Source: Campylobacterales bacterium (lineage in GTDB: Bacteria > Campylobacterota > Campylobacteria > Campylobacterales > Sulfurimonadaceae). Taken from it: DNA of 15,254 nt. The DNA is taken from the NCBI GenBank assembly GCA_038205935.1, contig JBBRBK010000044.1, positions 1 to 15,254 on the forward strand. The letters run 5' to 3'. The notes beneath the pieces are model-generated. The model did not search any database. It worked only from the letters and a program-made list of their open reading frames with translations, and had not been told where the DNA came from. A program made the position numbers and the translations under genes. Each line of letters starts with the position of its first letter. Position 1 is the first letter of the stretch. Of the stretch, positions 14,196 to 15,254 are shown piece after piece.

Positions 14196-14432
14196 TTATT
14201 TAGCTTCTGCTGCTGGAGCTGCTTCTTCGGCTTTTTTCTCTACTTTTTTTGCTTTAGTAGCTTTTTTATGAGTTTTCTTCTCAACTTTCTTTTCAGCTTT
14301 TTTCTCTACTTTTACCGTTTTTTCAGTTTTTACTTCAGTTTTTACTTCAGCTTTAGTGTCAGCTGCTGGCATTTCTGCTGCGAATAGTGATGTTAAGCCT
14401 AATGCTAATGCAAGTGCGATAATTTTTTTCAT
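14196..14432 (-). CDS. Small secreted Lys/Ala/Glu-rich low-complexity protein (Asr-like composition)
   Basis: Sec signal peptide MKKIIALALALGLTSLFA and AAGGA RBS. Repeats KTEV/KVEKK, including a 12-bp tandem repeat at 14322-14350. Confidence 0.85.
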   Translation of the reverse strand: MKKIIALALALGLTSLFAAEMPAADTKAEVKTEVKTEKTVKVEKKAEKKVEKKTHKKATKAKKVEKKAEEAAPAAEAK

Positions 14433-14480
14433 AGTGTAAATCCTTTTGTTTTTTGAGTTTCACATCTCTGTGTTGGCGAA

Positions 14481-14519
14481 AGTATAAGCTATGAAGTGTG
14501 AACTATTCGTGAACTTTTC
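14481..14519 (-). promoter_or_regulatory. Response-regulator-dependent promoter: TTCAC-N6-TTCAC direct repeat plus TATACT -10
   Basis: Minus strand GAAAAGTTCAC GAATAGTTCAC (14519-14498), 11 nt, TATACT (14486-14481). Confidence 0.72.
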
Positions 14520-15254
14520 CATAGAAGAGTAAAAGTCGTTCCCGCATCAATCTTTGTCTGTACATCTATAGCTATTTCATACAAATCACAAAGAGATTTA
14601 ACGATATTAAGACCCAAACCAAACCCTCCATTTGCACTCTCAAGTCGAGTAAAGCGTCCGAAAATTTCACTAGACTTTGTGGGATCAAATCCAATACCTG
14701 TATCTGCGACGCTTAATATGTTGGTATCCAATTTGATTGTTAATCTTCCGTTGATTTTATTGTATTTGATCGCATTGGAGAGAAGATTATCGATTATTCG
14801 GCTTAGATCACCTTCATTGACGAGGAGTTCACACTCTTGAAGATCTTCTATCACTTCAATCTGTTTGGCTTCTGCAAGAGGAAGAAAAAAACTGATTCTT
14901 TGTAGAACCAACTCTTTGACATTGACTTGTGTGGATACAGATGATTTTTGCGCAAGCATGATGAAACTCAGATCATCAAACAGATGCGACATCGTTCTTG
15001 TAGCAACTATCATCCTGCTAAATGCTTTAGCATTTTTAGCACTGAGTTCATTTTTCTCGATTCTCTCCAAACTCATCGATAAAATAGAGATCGGAGTGTT
15101 GAGCTCATGTGTTGCATCTCTGATAAATCTATCAAGAAACTCAATGTATTCTCGCAGTGGTGTTAAAAAGATTCTTGATAATACAAAGATCATGACCGCA
15201 AAAAATGGAATAGATAAAAAGAGGACAAGATAAATATTTTGTCTTGTTTGCTCG
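14489..15254 (-). CDS. Two-component sensor histidine kinase (HisKA + HATPase_c), 5' end outside the window
   Basis: H-box FIRDATHELNTPI, N-box NLLSNAIKYN, G1 DTGIG and G2 GFGLGL. The frame is open to the window edge through a TM helix (IYLVLFLSIPFFAVMIFVL). Confidence 0.95.
   Translation of the reverse strand, partial: EQTRQNIYLVLFLSIPFFAVMIFVLSRIFLTPLREYIEFLDRFIRDATHELNTPISILSMSLERIEKNELSAKNAKAFSRMIVATRTMSHLFDDLSFIMLAQKSSVSTQVNVKELVLQRISFFLPLAEAKQIEVIEDLQECELLVNEGDLSRIIDNLLSNAIKYNKINGRLTIKLDTNILSVADTGIGFDPTKSSEIFGRFTRLESANGGFGLGLNIVKSLCDLYEIAIDVQTKIDAGTTFTLLWKSSRIVHTS

Noticed and set aside
14322..14350. 12-bp tandem repeat as a contingency locus
   Set aside because: In frame with only about 2.4 copies, simply encoding the KTEV repeat of a low-complexity protein.

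Overview
Bacterial chromosomal window, most likely from a Campylobacterota (Sulfurimonas/Sulfuricurvum-like) genome; this is inferred from the coaX-hisG(short)-methyltransferase order, the REC-less cheB-cheR pair and TATAAT-dominated promoters. The left end is the 3' part of trpB. An AT-rich, all-minus-strand accessory block (~947-5600) follows. It holds a toxin-first RelE/HigB-XRE toxin-antitoxin pair bracketed by two inverted copies of a ~25-32 bp palindrome, two tiny oppositely charged peptide genes that the ORF track merges into one false 77-aa ORF, an orphan 440-aa protein, an internally deleted DUF2779-like remnant and a DUF262 + HEPN putative anti-phage pair. Core-like genes come next: sbcD-sbcC (Mre11/Rad50-like), cheR, cheB, glmU, a conserved hypothetical, coaX, hisG, a SAM methyltransferase, a small secreted Lys/Ala/Glu-rich protein with a DccR-type TTCAC-N6-TTCAC box, and the 3' part of a sensor kinase. 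The strongest unexplained signal is the palindrome TACATGTA (often CTTACATGTAAG). It occurs 10 times, always inside coding sequence in two different reading frames and never in the accessory block, which resembles a HIP1-like highly iterated palindrome. No tRNA, rRNA, CRISPR array or transposase was recognised.
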